Source: an uncultured delta proteobacterium (lineage in GTDB: Bacteria > Desulfobacterota > Desulfomonilia > UBA1062). From it: a stretch of DNA of 64,000 nucleotides. A program made the position numbers and the translations under genes. The notes beneath the pieces were generated by a model, which did not search any database, was not told the DNA's origin, and saw nothing but the letters and a program-made list of their open reading frames with translations. Below are positions 50,888 through 61,232 of the stretch, in pieces (the first letter of the stretch is position 1; the number at the start of each line of letters is the position of its first letter). Location of the stretch: assembly GCA_963798485.1 (NCBI GenBank), contig CAWCTR010000007.1, positions 416,001 through 480,000 on the forward strand, in the 5' to 3' direction.

Positions 50888-52346
50888 ATGAGCAAGCTCA
50901 TGAACGCTAAAGAGTATGAAGAGAGTTTGAGGAAGCTGAAGCTGAACGTGTACATGTTCGGCAAGAAGGTGGAGAACGTGGTGGATGACCCTATCATAAG
51001 GCCCTCCATGAATGCGGTGGCAGCCACCTACGAATTTGCCCACAGGCCGGAATATGAAGATATCATGACCGTCAAATCACACCTTACGGGCAAGAAGATC
51101 AACCGCTTCACCCATATCCACCAGAGCGTGGATGATTTGGTGAAGAAGAGCAAGATGGGAAGGCTTCTGGGGTCTCTGACCGCCTGCTGTTTCCAGCGTT
51201 GCGTGGGAATGGATGCCATGAATGCCCTGTCTATTGTTACCTATGCCATCGATCAGAAATATAAGACGCAGTACAACAAGCGCTTCCTCAAATTTCTCGA
51301 ATACGTTCAGGAAAACGACCTGGTCTGCGACGGCGCCATGACCGATACCAAGGGCGACCGTTCCCAGCCCCCCCACAAACAGTTCGACCCTGACATGTTC
51401 CTCCATGTGGTAGAAGAGCGTAAAGACGGCATCGTGGTCAGGGGGTCGAAGGCCCACCAGACCGGCGCGGTCAACTCCCATGAGATCATCGTGATGCCGA
51501 CCATCACCATGCGGGAAGAGGACAAGGATTATGCAGTGGCCTTTGCAGTCCCCAGTGATACAGCAGGCATCACCTACATCATGGGCCGGCAGTCCTGCGA
51601 CACCAGGAAACTCGAAGGCATGACCATGGATAGGGGCAACATGTTCTACGGAGGCCACGAGGCCCTGGTCGTCTTCGAGGACGTGTTCGTGCCCTGGGAG
51701 ACGCGTGTTCATGTACAAGGAGTATGACTTCACCACCCAGTTGGTGGAGAGCTTCTCCGCCTACCACCGCCAGAGCTACGCATGCAAGGTGGGGGTGGGC
51801 GATGTGCTTATCGGCGCTGCCCAGACCGTTGCCGAGTACAACGGTGCAGAGAAGGCCTCCCATGTGAAAGACAAGATCATCGAGATGAACCACTTGAACG
51901 AGACGCTCTTCTGCGGGTGCATTGCCTGCGCATCAGAGGGTCACAAGGAGGCGAGCGGGACATACCTGGTGGATGTGCTCCTGGCCAATGTGCACAAGCA
52001 GAACGTGACGCGCTTCCCCTATGAGATCGCCAGGCTTGCCCAGGATATTGCAGGCGGCGTAGTGGTCACCTGCCCGTCGGAGGCCGACCTTAACTCGCCG
52101 GTGGTGGGTAAGTGGGTGAAGAAATACTACCGGACCAAGGCGGATGTCCCCACAGAATACCGGATGAGGATATTGAGGCTTATCGAAAACATCACCATGG
52201 GTACCGCTGCCGTAGGTTACCTCACCGAGTCCATGCATGGTGCGGGCTCACCCCAGGCACAGCGGATCATGATCGCAAGGTTCGTGAACATGAAGCAGAA
52301 ACAGAAGGTTGCCAAGTACCTGTGCGGGATCGAGACGGAAAGATAA
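50888..52346 (+). pseudogene. abfD: 4-hydroxybutyryl-CoA dehydratase split by one extra base (real or sequencing error)
   Basis: CFQRCVGMD, MTD.KGDR, KAHQTG, HRQSYACK, ESMHGAGSPQAQ; removing the A at 51701 restores VFVPWERVFM. Confidence 0.85.
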
Positions 52347-52600
52347 AAATAGGCCTGAAGTATTGCGGCGGATGCCGGGCCGGCTATGACCGTGTCGATA
52401 TGGTGGATTCCATACGGGAACGGCTTGCACAAAAGGTGGAGTTCGTTGCCGCCCACAGCGAGGATGCACAGATGATCCTGATCGTGACCGGATGTTCCAC
52501 TGCCTGCGCCAGGCTCGATAATGTGAGCGAACTCCCCATACACTACATCACGAGCGCCGAAGATGCCGAACGATGGATGGCGGAGATAGAGGTAAAATAG
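52322..52600 (+). CDS. Small Cys-rich protein (KYCGGC...GC..AC)
   Basis: IGLKYCGGC...YDR and GCSTACA; overlaps the abfD end; start uncertain. Confidence 0.65.
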   Translation: MRDRDGKIKIGLKYCGGCRAGYDRVDMVDSIRERLAQKVEFVAAHSEDAQMILIVTGCSTACARLDNVSELPIHYITSAEDAERWMAEIEVK

Positions 52601-52662
52601 AACAAAGATGCCTGTAAGAACGCTGAGATCGTGCACATGGAAGAATCAGAGACTTGGCCTGA

Positions 52663-54105
52663 TTACTCTTGATAATTTGTTTTGGATCTGACTAAACGTC
52701 CCCCCCGATAAAACACGGCAACGATGTTTTCCGTGTCCTTGATGTTTTTTGTGGGATCTCCTTGAACGAGCAGGAGGTCAGCGGCCTTGCCTTTTTCAAT
52801 GGTTCCGAAGTTCACATTCCGGTGGAAGACTTGCTTCAGTGTCATAGCCGGTATGGAGGTTGCCGATAACAAGGCCTCGGTGGGTGTCAAACTCCCTTCT
52901 ACGAGATGTTGAAGCTCCACATGCAACGAGCCCCCGGTTGCAATTCCGAGGTTGGGTGCATCGGTCCCTGCAATGATCGTAACCCCTGCTTCTTTCAGAA
53001 TCTTGACATTCGGATGCAGCACTCGGTCATATGAATTTTTAAAATGTTTATAATAGTTGCCCCACGGGTCTCCTTGAGGGACAATGTATGGTTTGGGGTT
53101 CTGTAACGCCTTTACGCAGGATGGATACATGGTTTCCCATTCGAGTTTCGTATAGTGGGTGTAATTTTTATTGTTCACGAAGTCATTCAGGTTGTGGAAC
53201 ACATACACGGTAGGCGTAACAAACATCTTCCTTTTTGCAAGTTCTTTGGCAAGCTGAGGGTCAAGCGGCTCCTTGTAGACATCGTGCGCAATCCCGTCTG
53301 CGCCGCTTTCGATAGCAACCTTCACGTCCTCATTCCTGCCGATGTGGATGACCACCGGGATACCCTGCTCATGGGAGCGCTTCACGATTTCCTTGACGAT
53401 CTCGGGCCTCATCTTAGGCGTTCCATCGGGCAGGTCATCGAGAAAGATCTTAGTGAAATCAGGATTGGAATCGAGGTGCTTTTCGAGCCTTTCCATATCC
53501 GTAACGCCCTGTACCTGAATAACAACCTCTGGGAAAAAGGGGCGGACGAACCAGGGATACATCGACTTGAGCTTCTCCATCATGGGAATAGGGTGGGCGC
53601 CTTTGCCGGTAAACCCCATACCGCATTGGAACAGGTGCGGCCCTATGAGCTTACCTGTCTCGATGTCCTCGGCCAGCGCCTTCATCTCAAGCGTTGATTT
53701 CCCGCTCATGTCCACAATGGCGGTGACCCCGCTGTACAGGCACGCCTCCATATTAAAGCGCATGGTCGGCGTAATATCGCTCCATGGTACGATCATGCCG
53801 CTGGTGATGTGGGTATGAAAGTCGATGAGGCCCGGGAGAAGCATCTTCCCTTTTCCGTCAATAACCTCTGCCCCGGGGACATTCAACCTCTCCTTGGAAA
53901 TCATGGCAATAGTCTCACCGAGAATATACACATCCATATCCTCAAGCACCGGGCTACCCGCTACGGCGGTGAAGACATTTACATCCCTGATCAGATATCC
54001 ATTTTTAGCCGGGGCTGTCTGCTGAATCAGCGAATAATGGGTGCAGGCACTCATGCAATGGACAAGGGCGGCAATGATCAGCAGAAATCGGAACCTGTTT
54101 TTCAT
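52663..54105 (-). CDS. Amidohydrolase family protein, probable lipoprotein
   Basis: PGLIDFHTH, IAH, AGTDA, GKAADLLL; signal ends MSAC. Confidence 0.88.
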   Translation of the reverse strand: MKNRFRFLLIIAALVHCMSACTHYSLIQQTAPAKNGYLIRDVNVFTAVAGSPVLEDMDVYILGETIAMISKERLNVPGAEVIDGKGKMLLPGLIDFHTHITSGMIVPWSDITPTMRFNMEACLYSGVTAIVDMSGKSTLEMKALAEDIETGKLIGPHLFQCGMGFTGKGAHPIPMMEKLKSMYPWFVRPFFPEVVIQVQGVTDMERLEKHLDSNPDFTKIFLDDLPDGTPKMRPEIVKEIVKRSHEQGIPVVIHIGRNEDVKVAIESGADGIAHDVYKEPLDPQLAKELAKRKMFVTPTVYVFHNLNDFVNNKNYTHYTKLEWETMYPSCVKALQNPKPYIVPQGDPWGNYYKHFKNSYDRVLHPNVKILKEAGVTIIAGTDAPNLGIATGGSLHVELQHLVEGSLTPTEALLSATSIPAMTLKQVFHRNVNFGTIEKGKAADLLLVQGDPTKNIKDTENIVAVFYRGGRLVRSKTNYQE

Positions 54106-54124
54106 CTGAAGCCTCCTCTTTTCC

Positions 54125-54436
54125 CTACCCTGGAATCTTGATACGTCCTGAGTCCCTCTCAAAGATCAGTTGCTGCGCATCTACTATCCTATCCTTTCCC
54201 TTTTTTGAAAGCAGCTTGAAATGGTACTCAACCTTCAGGGCCAGGGACCGGTCTCCGAGCGCTTGTGAGAAGGCTAAGCTCAGAGGCTTGTGTGCAAGCA
54301 AATATTTCGCGGTTTTTCTCCCCTGGGCAAGATGCTCCCTGAATCGTCTGGCGACATCGGTTGATATGCCTGCGTACAGGGAGTTATCAACGGTTCTTAC
54401 AATGTATAGATACCAGCAGGCCATCGTTAAGGACAC
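54125..54436 (-). CDS. GIY-YIG nuclease (YhbQ/UPF0213-like)
   Basis: YLYIV...NSLYAGISTD..RR..EH, AKY, ALKVE...K.L. Confidence 0.85.
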   Translation of the reverse strand: MSLTMACWYLYIVRTVDNSLYAGISTDVARRFREHLAQGRKTAKYLLAHKPLSLAFSQALGDRSLALKVEYHFKLLSKKGKDRIVDAQQLIFERDSGRIKIPG

Positions 54437-54750
54437 TCAAACCTCATAGGGGCAGCTTGCAATATGACCGTGTTCGAGCATGTAGCAAGCATCCAGAGAC
54501 ATTATATCCGGCATCACGATAACCATGGCCCCCTATATCTGATTATTAACAAATTATCACATGGCTTGCATATAAAAACCCATAATAAGAGTTAAGACAC
54601 ACCAAAGACAACCGGGCTTCAAAGAAAGTCTCCAGGTTTCAACTCATTATTTCTTATGATGCATTCCATGAAATGGGCATCAGATCCGTTTGCCATTTGC
54701 CTTAACCTTGGTGCCGGTACTTGAAATGTGGATGGTATGGCCTTACTGAA

Positions 54751-54820
54751 CCTTACGGTCATAAGACCGTATAAACCTCCTCAAATTTAGGGGAAGCTGC
54801 AATGGCTTCCCCATTTTTTT
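54751..54820 (+). ncRNA. Candidate sRNA (hairpin - CCUCCUC - intrinsic terminator); 5' end unknown
   Basis: TACGGTC-ATAA-GACCGTA, linker CCTCCTC, GGGGAAGC-7 nt-GCTTCCCC then A and T7, on the + strand while both flanking genes are on minus. Confidence 0.5.
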
Positions 54821-55001
54821 GAAACAGCGGTGAATACTCGTTCTAAATTGAATATACGTTGAACGAGGTAAATATGAATAATAAACATATCAGATCAAAC
54901 TTTTTTTAAAGGATGAAGACCTTCTCGATGAGGTTACAACCACTGCGATCAAACGGGTAATTTTACTTCCTCATTTAAGCGATTTTTTGTTGCGGAACCG
55001 T

Positions 55002-55025
55002 TTCGCGGCTGAAGCCGCTCCTACA
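55002..55025 (-). repeat. GTAG-type REP element
   Basis: Minus strand TGTAGGAGCGGCTTCAGCCGCGAA: GTAG foot plus palindrome. Confidence 0.7.
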
Positions 55026-55046
55026 GTTCCTTTACTCTCCATTTTT

Positions 55047-55730
55047 TCATTCCTGTGACGGGCGCTCCTTCTCAACCCAGTTAAGAGCATGCCTCAGGAG
55101 CTCGGTGGCGTTCTTCAGGTTCAGCTTTTCCTTGATCCTCTCCCGGTAGGTGCCGATGGTCTTCACGCTCAGATGGAGCCTGCGACCGATCTCGCTGATG
55201 CTCAGGCCTTCACCGATGAGCTGGAAGACCTCGATCTCCCGGTCGGTCAGGGCCTGGAGCGGGGACGCTGAAGGTTCTTTCGGTCCTTCGATGAACCGGG
55301 TGAGGATATTCTCGGTGACTTTGCTGCTTGCATACAACCCCCCCTTGAGTACCTGGCGGATTGCCTGGACGACCGATTCGGAGGCCTCCTGCTTCATGAT
55401 GTATCCCCTGGCGCCGGCCCTGAAGGCGCGTTCCGCATAGAGCGATTCATCATGCATGGAGATGACCAACATGGGGATGCCCTTGTCGGTCTTGTGGATC
55501 TCCTTTATGAGGTCGATGCCGCTCATGTCCTTCAGGGTGATATCCACGACGATCATATCCGGCTTCAGCGTAGCGGCGGCCTTGATGGCGCCGTGGTAGT
55601 CCTCTGCCTCGCCGCACACCTCAAGGTCATCCTCCTGGCTGAGGAGCTGCATAAGGCCATGGCGGAATATGGGGTGGTCATCCACGATGAGTATCCGGTG
55701 TTTGTCCCTGCGGGCTCTATCCTGGGGCAT
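55047..55730 (-). CDS. NarL/LuxR-family response regulator
   Basis: ILIVDDHP, VDITL, LTDREIEV, LHLSVKTI. Real start at ATG 55730. Confidence 0.93.
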   Translation of the reverse strand: MPQDRARRDKHRILIVDDHPIFRHGLMQLLSQEDDLEVCGEAEDYHGAIKAAATLKPDMIVVDITLKDMSGIDLIKEIHKTDKGIPMLVISMHDESLYAERAFRAGARGYIMKQEASESVVQAIRQVLKGGLYASSKVTENILTRFIEGPKEPSASPLQALTDREIEVFQLIGEGLSISEIGRRLHLSVKTIGTYRERIKEKLNLKNATELLRHALNWVEKERPSQE

Positions 55731-55735
55731 GTGTC

Positions 55736-57211
55736 CTATCCTTTCTGGGGGGTGAAGGTGCAGGTCACCAGCGTACCTCCGCTCTGGTCCGACTCGATCT
55801 TCAAGGAGGCTCCTATCATCCTGGTGCGATAATTCATAATCCTTAAGCCAATACCCGAGGCCGTGGAAACATCCTTGATACCTACACCGTTGTCGAGGAT
55901 GGACAGCGAGACCACCCCGCTGTTGTTCAGCAGGTCGATGGAGATCTTTGTGGCCTTGCCGTGCTCTATGGCGTTGTGGATGGACTCCTTTGCGATATAG
56001 TAGAGGTGGGTGGACAAGGTGTTGTCCTTGATAGGAATATGCCTGGGACAATTGAAGATGCAGGAGATGCTGAAGATATTCGAAGTGGATGTCGCGAGTT
56101 CCTCCAGGGATGATTCGAGCCCGTGGCTGGTGAGGTGCACCGGGCACAGCCCCCGTGCGAGCCTCCTGGTCTTCACGATGGCCTCTTTCACGAGGTCTCT
56201 GATCTCGCCTGCATAGCGTGCATCTTCCGGGGAGTGCATGGCCAGTTTGTTTTTGAGCACCTTGGTCATGACATCGATGCCGATGAGGTGCTGTCCGAGG
56301 TCGTCGTGGAGCTCGTAACCGATCTTCTGGCGCTCGCGCTCGGAGGTGTCCAGGACCTCCTTTTCGAGCTGTTTCATGGCAGTGATGTCGGTAATCACGG
56401 CAAAACCGCCAATGAAACGGCCCTGTGAGTCGTGCATGGCCCGCGGCGAGACGATGGTGTACACTAGCGTGCCGTCGCGGCCCCTCCAGGTGACCTCGTA
56501 AGATTCCGGGGCGTCTTTTCTCCGCATGTTGTGCGTCCACAGCTCCAGGTCCCGTTCGCCGATGAATTCCCGGGTGGGCCTGCCGATGATCTCTTCACGA
56601 CCTTGCTGGAGGATCTTGCATATCTTGTCGTTCACATAGGTGAGGACCCCCCTCCTGTTCTGAATGCCCAGGCCCTCATTCATGGTCTCCACGAGCTGGC
56701 GGAAGAGCTCTTCGCTGTCCCGTAGTGCATTTTCCGCCTTTATGCGTTCGGTGATGTCCACCATGGAGGCGATGCTCTGCGTGGTGCCCGGGATCATGGC
56801 GATGGTCATGAAGATGTTCAGGGTCCCGCCATCCTTGTTCCTGATCTTGAATTCGTAGTTTCTTGGTGCAGCGGCAGAATCCTGCCGCCTCATCTTATGG
56901 TATTCCAGCAGGCGGTTTATATCGTCTTGGGCCACATACTTGGTCCAGGTCTGGCCTACGATCTCGTCGCGGGAGTAACCGGTGAAATTGGCGAAGTCGG
57001 AGTTTATCATGGATACAGTGGTGTCTTCCTCAATGACTATTGTTGCCGTACCGGAATTTTCAAACAAGGTCCGGTAGAAGTTCTCCGAGTGGGTGAGCTC
57101 TTCATCAATCTGCAGGTATCTGTGCGCCTGGGCCTTGAGTTCCTCGTTTTCTTTTTTCAAGGAATCGAGTTCGGTGATGAGGCGCTGTTTTGTCTTTTTG
57201 TCGTCCTTCAC
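55736..57211 (-). CDS. PAS-PAS sensor histidine kinase (HisKA_3)
   Basis: Two PAS domains; ERQKIGYELHDDLGQ, NAIEHG, DNGVG, GIGL. Confidence 0.93.
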   Translation of the reverse strand: MKDDKKTKQRLITELDSLKKENEELKAQAHRYLQIDEELTHSENFYRTLFENSGTATIVIEEDTTVSMINSDFANFTGYSRDEIVGQTWTKYVAQDDINRLLEYHKMRRQDSAAAPRNYEFKIRNKDGGTLNIFMTIAMIPGTTQSIASMVDITERIKAENALRDSEELFRQLVETMNEGLGIQNRRGVLTYVNDKICKILQQGREEIIGRPTREFIGERDLELWTHNMRRKDAPESYEVTWRGRDGTLVYTIVSPRAMHDSQGRFIGGFAVITDITAMKQLEKEVLDTSERERQKIGYELHDDLGQHLIGIDVMTKVLKNKLAMHSPEDARYAGEIRDLVKEAIVKTRRLARGLCPVHLTSHGLESSLEELATSTSNIFSISCIFNCPRHIPIKDNTLSTHLYYIAKESIHNAIEHGKATKISIDLLNNSGVVSLSILDNGVGIKDVSTASGIGLRIMNYRTRMIGASLKIESDQSGGTLVTCTFTPQKG

Positions 57212-57252
57212 GTGGGCGTGCTCCGTTATGCCCTGGTGGTGTGAAACCGTTC

Positions 57253-58032
57253 CTATGAGGTAAGCCGCACCGGGAGGCCGCTTTCTTTCAGGAATTCCTT
57301 GATTTCTCGGATAGTGTACTCCCTGTAATGCACCATGGAGGCGATGAGGGCCGCATCCGCTTGTGCTTCAATAAACACGTCCCGAATATGCTCGGGTTTT
57401 CCTGCCCCGCCCGAGGCAATGACCGGGATGGTCACATTCCTGGATATGAGTGAGGTGAGGGTGAGCTCGTAGCCGGCAGTGGTCCCGTCGGCATCAATGG
57501 AGTTCAGGCATATCTCCCCTGCACCAAGGTCCTGGGCCTGCCTGGCCCACTGTAACGCATCCATGCCCATAGGGGTCCTGCCGCCGTTGATCACCACCTC
57601 ATACCCGCATGGGATCTTGTCGGTTCTATCAACCTTTTTTGCATCCATGCCCAGAACGATACACTGGTTACCGAAATGCCGGGCCCCTTCAGAGATGATC
57701 TGCGGGGTGAGCACTGCGGCACTGTTTACGCTGATCTTTTCGGCCCCGGCATCCAAAACCCTATACATATCATCCAGTGTGCGGATGCCCCCGCCTACGG
57801 AGAAAGGGATGAAGATGTTCTCGGCAACGCCGTGCACCACGTCGATCATGATATCCCTGCGGTCCGACGATGCCGTGATATCGTAGAAGACAAGCTCATC
57901 CACGCCCTGTTCGTAGTACTCGCGCGCCATCTCCACCGGGTCGCCGATGTCGATGTTGCCCTTGAACTTGATGCCTTTGGTGGTCTTGCCGTCCCTCACG
58001 TCGAGGCAGATGATGATCCGTTTGCTGAGCAT
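57253..58032 (-). CDS. hisF: Imidazole glycerol phosphate synthase subunit HisF
   Basis: [32 protein letters not shown]. Confidence 0.97.
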   Translation of the reverse strand: MLSKRIIICLDVRDGKTTKGIKFKGNIDIGDPVEMAREYYEQGVDELVFYDITASSDRRDIMIDVVHGVAENIFIPFSVGGGIRTLDDMYRVLDAGAEKISVNSAAVLTPQIISEGARHFGNQCIVLGMDAKKVDRTDKIPCGYEVVINGGRTPMGMDALQWARQAQDLGAGEICLNSIDADGTTAGYELTLTSLISRNVTIPVIASGGAGKPEHIRDVFIEAQADAALIASMVHYREYTIREIKEFLKESGLPVRLTS

Positions 58033-58083
58033 AGTAGTGACTCATAAGGCAAACATGAAGAAAATTCCAGTTTTTTATAAATA

Positions 58084-58120
58084 TGCAGCCGGGGGAAACA
58101 AGAAGACTCCCCCCGGCTGC
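58084..58120. terminator. Terminator-like hairpin after the acyl-CoA dehydrogenase gene
   Basis: TGCAGCCGGGGGA ... TCCCCCGGCTGCA. Confidence 0.7.
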
Positions 58121-58139
58121 ACCGGGCATGGGTTCATTT

Positions 58140-60005
58140 TTATGAGGCGAAGCTCTCTTCTGCGATCTCCATCATGGAGAGGTCTTCGCTCTTGATGGCC
58201 TTTACGGTTCCGTCTATCTCCGGCAGGACATTCTTGATGAAGTACCTGGCGGACTTGATCTTGCCGTCATAGAAGGCAGCGTCCTTGTTCTCCTTCACAA
58301 AGGGTGCAAGGGCCAGTGGGTCGGCGGCGTTCACCCCCTTGGCGTTGCACAGGCCCGTGAACCTTTCCTGGGCTATCTGGGCCTCCCAGAGCAGGAGCCA
58401 GGCGCAGACGATCTTGCCCATCATCATGAGGAACGGGTAGGCATTGCCCACGGGGATGAGGAACTTGCCCGCCTTGCCGCAGGAGGCAAAGAACATGGCG
58501 ATCTCAGCCAGGGAGTTGATGCCGGCCTGGACGTCTTCAGCAAGGACTTTCAAGGTTTCTATGGTGCGGCACTTCGCTACGGTCGCCCCCATTTCGCCTA
58601 AAAGGGTCATGAAGTAAGCGCCCTTCTTCATGCCCATCTTCCTGCCCACCAGGTCAAGGGCCTGGATGCCGTTGGTGCCTTCATAAATGGATGCGATCTT
58701 CTCGTCGCGCATAAACTGCTCGATGGGATATTCGCTGCAGAAGCCATAACCGCCGTAGCATTGCATGGCGGTCTCGGTCACCTTAAAGCCGATGTCCGTG
58801 CAGTAGGCCTTTATGATGGGGGTAAGTATCTCCACGATACCCAACCACTTTTCGGCCTCCACCGGGTCTTTGATGCCGGTGGCCTTGTCGCCGCATGCAG
58901 TGGCATAGTACATGAGGGCCCTCATGCCCTCCACGTTGGACTTCATCCACAACAGCATGCGCCTCACATCCGGGTGAGAGATGATGGGTACGCGCGGGGC
59001 ATCGGGGTTTTTGAACTCCAAAAGGGATGATCCCTGGAGCCGTTCCTTTGTATATTGCAGCGCGTGGAGGTAGGCAATAGATGCGCTCGTGAGGCCCTGC
59101 AGCCCCGTAGCTATCCTCGCCTCGTTCATCATCTGGAACATGATCTTCATGCCCTCTCGCTCCCCGCCTAAGAGCTCTGCGTAGCAGTTGTTGCCGTCGC
59201 CGAAATTGATGACGCAGGTGGAGCTGCCGTGGATGCCCATCTTTTCCTCGATCTTGGCGATCTCAAAGTCGTTGCGCCTTCCCAGCGAGCCGTCGGCATT
59301 GACAAGGAACTTGGGCACGATGAAGATGGAGATGCCCTTGGTGCCTGGAGAGTCACCCTCGATCCTGGCAAGCACGGGGTGAATGATATTTTCGGTAAGG
59401 TCCTGGTCTCCGCCGGTAATGAACATCTTGGTTCCCTGGATCTTGAAGGTGCCGTCAGGCTGCCTGATCGCCTTGGTGCTCAAGTTGCCCACGTCGGTGC
59501 CTGCCCCCGGTTCGGTGAGGCACATGCTGCCGCCCCATTGGCCCATGATCATCTTGGGTATGTATTTCTTCTTCTGCTCTTCATTGGCATAGTTTTCAAT
59601 GAGGTGCGCGGCGCCTTCGCCGAGACCGGGGTAGGAGGAAAAGGCGAAGTTGTGCACGAACCAGTCGTGGGCCGCGATCCTCATGATGAAGGGGAGCCCC
59701 TGGCCGCCGTGCTCGGCAGGCAGGGACATGGCGTTCCATCCGGCCTCGCAGAAGAGCTTGTAGGGACGGTGGAAGCACTTAGGCACATGGACCTGGCCGC
59801 CCTCCAGCTTGCATCCCTCCTTGTCCGATTCAGCCAGGGTCGGGAAGATCATATCCACGGCGAACTTCTGTGCCTCGGTCAGGATCATCTCGAACATGTC
59901 CTTGGAGAAGTCTTTATATCTTTCGAGTTCGCAGAGCTTGTCAATCTCCAGCATTTCAAACAAAACAAAGTTCTGGTCATGCTCATCCAAAATCAGGTTA
60001 GCCAT
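58140..60005 (-). CDS. Acyl-CoA dehydrogenase
   Basis: MCLTEP.AGTD, GTKMFITGG, EKMGIHGS, IYEGTNGIQALDL. Confidence 0.95.
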   Translation of the reverse strand: MANLILDEHDQNFVLFEMLEIDKLCELERYKDFSKDMFEMILTEAQKFAVDMIFPTLAESDKEGCKLEGGQVHVPKCFHRPYKLFCEAGWNAMSLPAEHGGQGLPFIMRIAAHDWFVHNFAFSSYPGLGEGAAHLIENYANEEQKKKYIPKMIMGQWGGSMCLTEPGAGTDVGNLSTKAIRQPDGTFKIQGTKMFITGGDQDLTENIIHPVLARIEGDSPGTKGISIFIVPKFLVNADGSLGRRNDFEIAKIEEKMGIHGSSTCVINFGDGNNCYAELLGGEREGMKIMFQMMNEARIATGLQGLTSASIAYLHALQYTKERLQGSSLLEFKNPDAPRVPIISHPDVRRMLLWMKSNVEGMRALMYYATACGDKATGIKDPVEAEKWLGIVEILTPIIKAYCTDIGFKVTETAMQCYGGYGFCSEYPIEQFMRDEKIASIYEGTNGIQALDLVGRKMGMKKGAYFMTLLGEMGATVAKCRTIETLKVLAEDVQAGINSLAEIAMFFASCGKAGKFLIPVGNAYPFLMMMGKIVCAWLLLWEAQIAQERFTGLCNAKGVNAADPLALAPFVKENKDAAFYDGKIKSARYFIKNVLPEIDGTVKAIKSEDLSMMEIAEESFAS

Positions 60006-60043
60006 AAAATCCTCCTCATATGAGTAAGTATATAGTTTATTTC

Positions 60044-61102
60044 TTACGTAGCATCAGGGCTGCTTGATGTGTTCCCGGACTTCCCCGGCGGCGACAACCG
60101 CTTGATATGGGCCAGTGCCTTGCGGTTGAGGAGGACCTCCTTTCTTAAAAAATGGATCTGGGAAGCAAGGAAGCCGAAGGAAAGGATTTGGATGCCGCCT
60201 AATATGAAGAGGATCATGAGGGTGATGAGCGGGCGGTTGGGGTTGAGGATAAGATTGTAGTAGAGGTACAGGATGTATCCGCCAAGCCCCAGGCCGATGA
60301 GGAAGAGCACAACCCCCACAAAGCCGAAGAGCAGTGCCGGCCGCTCGAAGATGGTGAATAAAAGGTGCGAAATCGCAGTAGCCCTGAATGTGAATTTTGA
60401 TTTTCCCTTCTTTCGAGAAGTGAGAACGGCAGGGATTTCCCTGACATGGTATCCCATGGCAAGTATCTTGGAGAGGATCTCCAGGTGTATTTCCTTGCCG
60501 TCGGATTCCAGGTCGAGGCTGCTGATGACCTCGTTGCGATAGCACCTCACGATGCAGGTCAGCGTATGGATCTTTTCAGGAAGGGCGAGCTGGAGCACCT
60601 TGTTGCCCATCCTGGACACGAAGAGCCTGTCCCTGGCGACCCCCTCGGTTCCGCCGCCTTTCATATAAGGGCTCACGAGCACAACATCGATGTCGCTCTC
60701 CTCGTCTAGAGTTTGCTCCATTTGAAGAATGTAGGCAGGGTCATAGGACAGGTCGGCATCGATTGTGGCGATATACCTGCCGCTTGCCGCCTTGAATCCA
60801 TACCTCAGCGCCTTTCCCCTGCCGCCGTTCTTCCAGTATGAAACGACACGAATGTGCGGATCGGCCGAAGCGATCTTGTCCAGGACAGCCAGTGTGTGAT
60901 CGGTGCTGCCGTCGTTGACCGGGATGATCTCATAGGGGTCGCCTGACTCTTCGAGGAGTCTTTTTACCCGTGCGATTGTCTCGGTGACGTTCTCTTCTTC
61001 ATTGAACATAGGGATGATCACGCTGATCTTGACCGGGTAATCCTCGTGCTCGATGCCCTTTTCGGCGACCTTGTGCATGTCTTGATCATATCGAATATTC
61101 AA
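60044..61102 (-). CDS. GT2 polyprenol-phosphate glycosyltransferase
   Basis: IIPMFNEE, NDGSTD, GRGKA, DADL, two C-terminal TMs; start uncertain. Confidence 0.88.
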   Translation of the reverse strand: MNIRYDQDMHKVAEKGIEHEDYPVKISVIIPMFNEEENVTETIARVKRLLEESGDPYEIIPVNDGSTDHTLAVLDKIASADPHIRVVSYWKNGGRGKALRYGFKAASGRYIATIDADLSYDPAYILQMEQTLDEESDIDVVLVSPYMKGGGTEGVARDRLFVSRMGNKVLQLALPEKIHTLTCIVRCYRNEVISSLDLESDGKEIHLEILSKILAMGYHVREIPAVLTSRKKGKSKFTFRATAISHLLFTIFERPALLFGFVGVVLFLIGLGLGGYILYLYYNLILNPNRPLITLMILFILGGIQILSFGFLASQIHFLRKEVLLNRKALAHIKRLSPPGKSGNTSSSPDAT

Positions 61103-61124
61103 AATGTTGTATAGAAGTTCTTTT

Positions 61125-61221
61125 GTACAGACATGGATCTCCCCCGATGGGAGATCCTAATCAAGGAGGAGGAATGAGGCAGGGAGAACTAAGATGTTCC
61201 TTTAAGCCTTTTGTGCAGGTG
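61125..61221 (-). ncRNA. Candidate sigma54-dependent sRNA or structured leader
   Basis: Downstream of the -24/-12 site; CUCAUUCCUCCUCCUU tract, then 9-bp hairpin GGAUCUCCC/GGGAGAUCC. Confidence 0.45.
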
Positions 61222-61232
61222 CTTTATTATAT

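Noticed and set aside
54125-54436. GIY-YIG gene as a mobile or homing endonuclease
   Set aside because: It looks like the stand-alone YhbQ-type protein, with no flanking repeats or intron context.
55731-56540. 497-aa ORF suggesting a large N-terminal extension of the response regulator
   Set aside because: The extension is an alternate frame of the kinase gene; the real start is ATG 55730.
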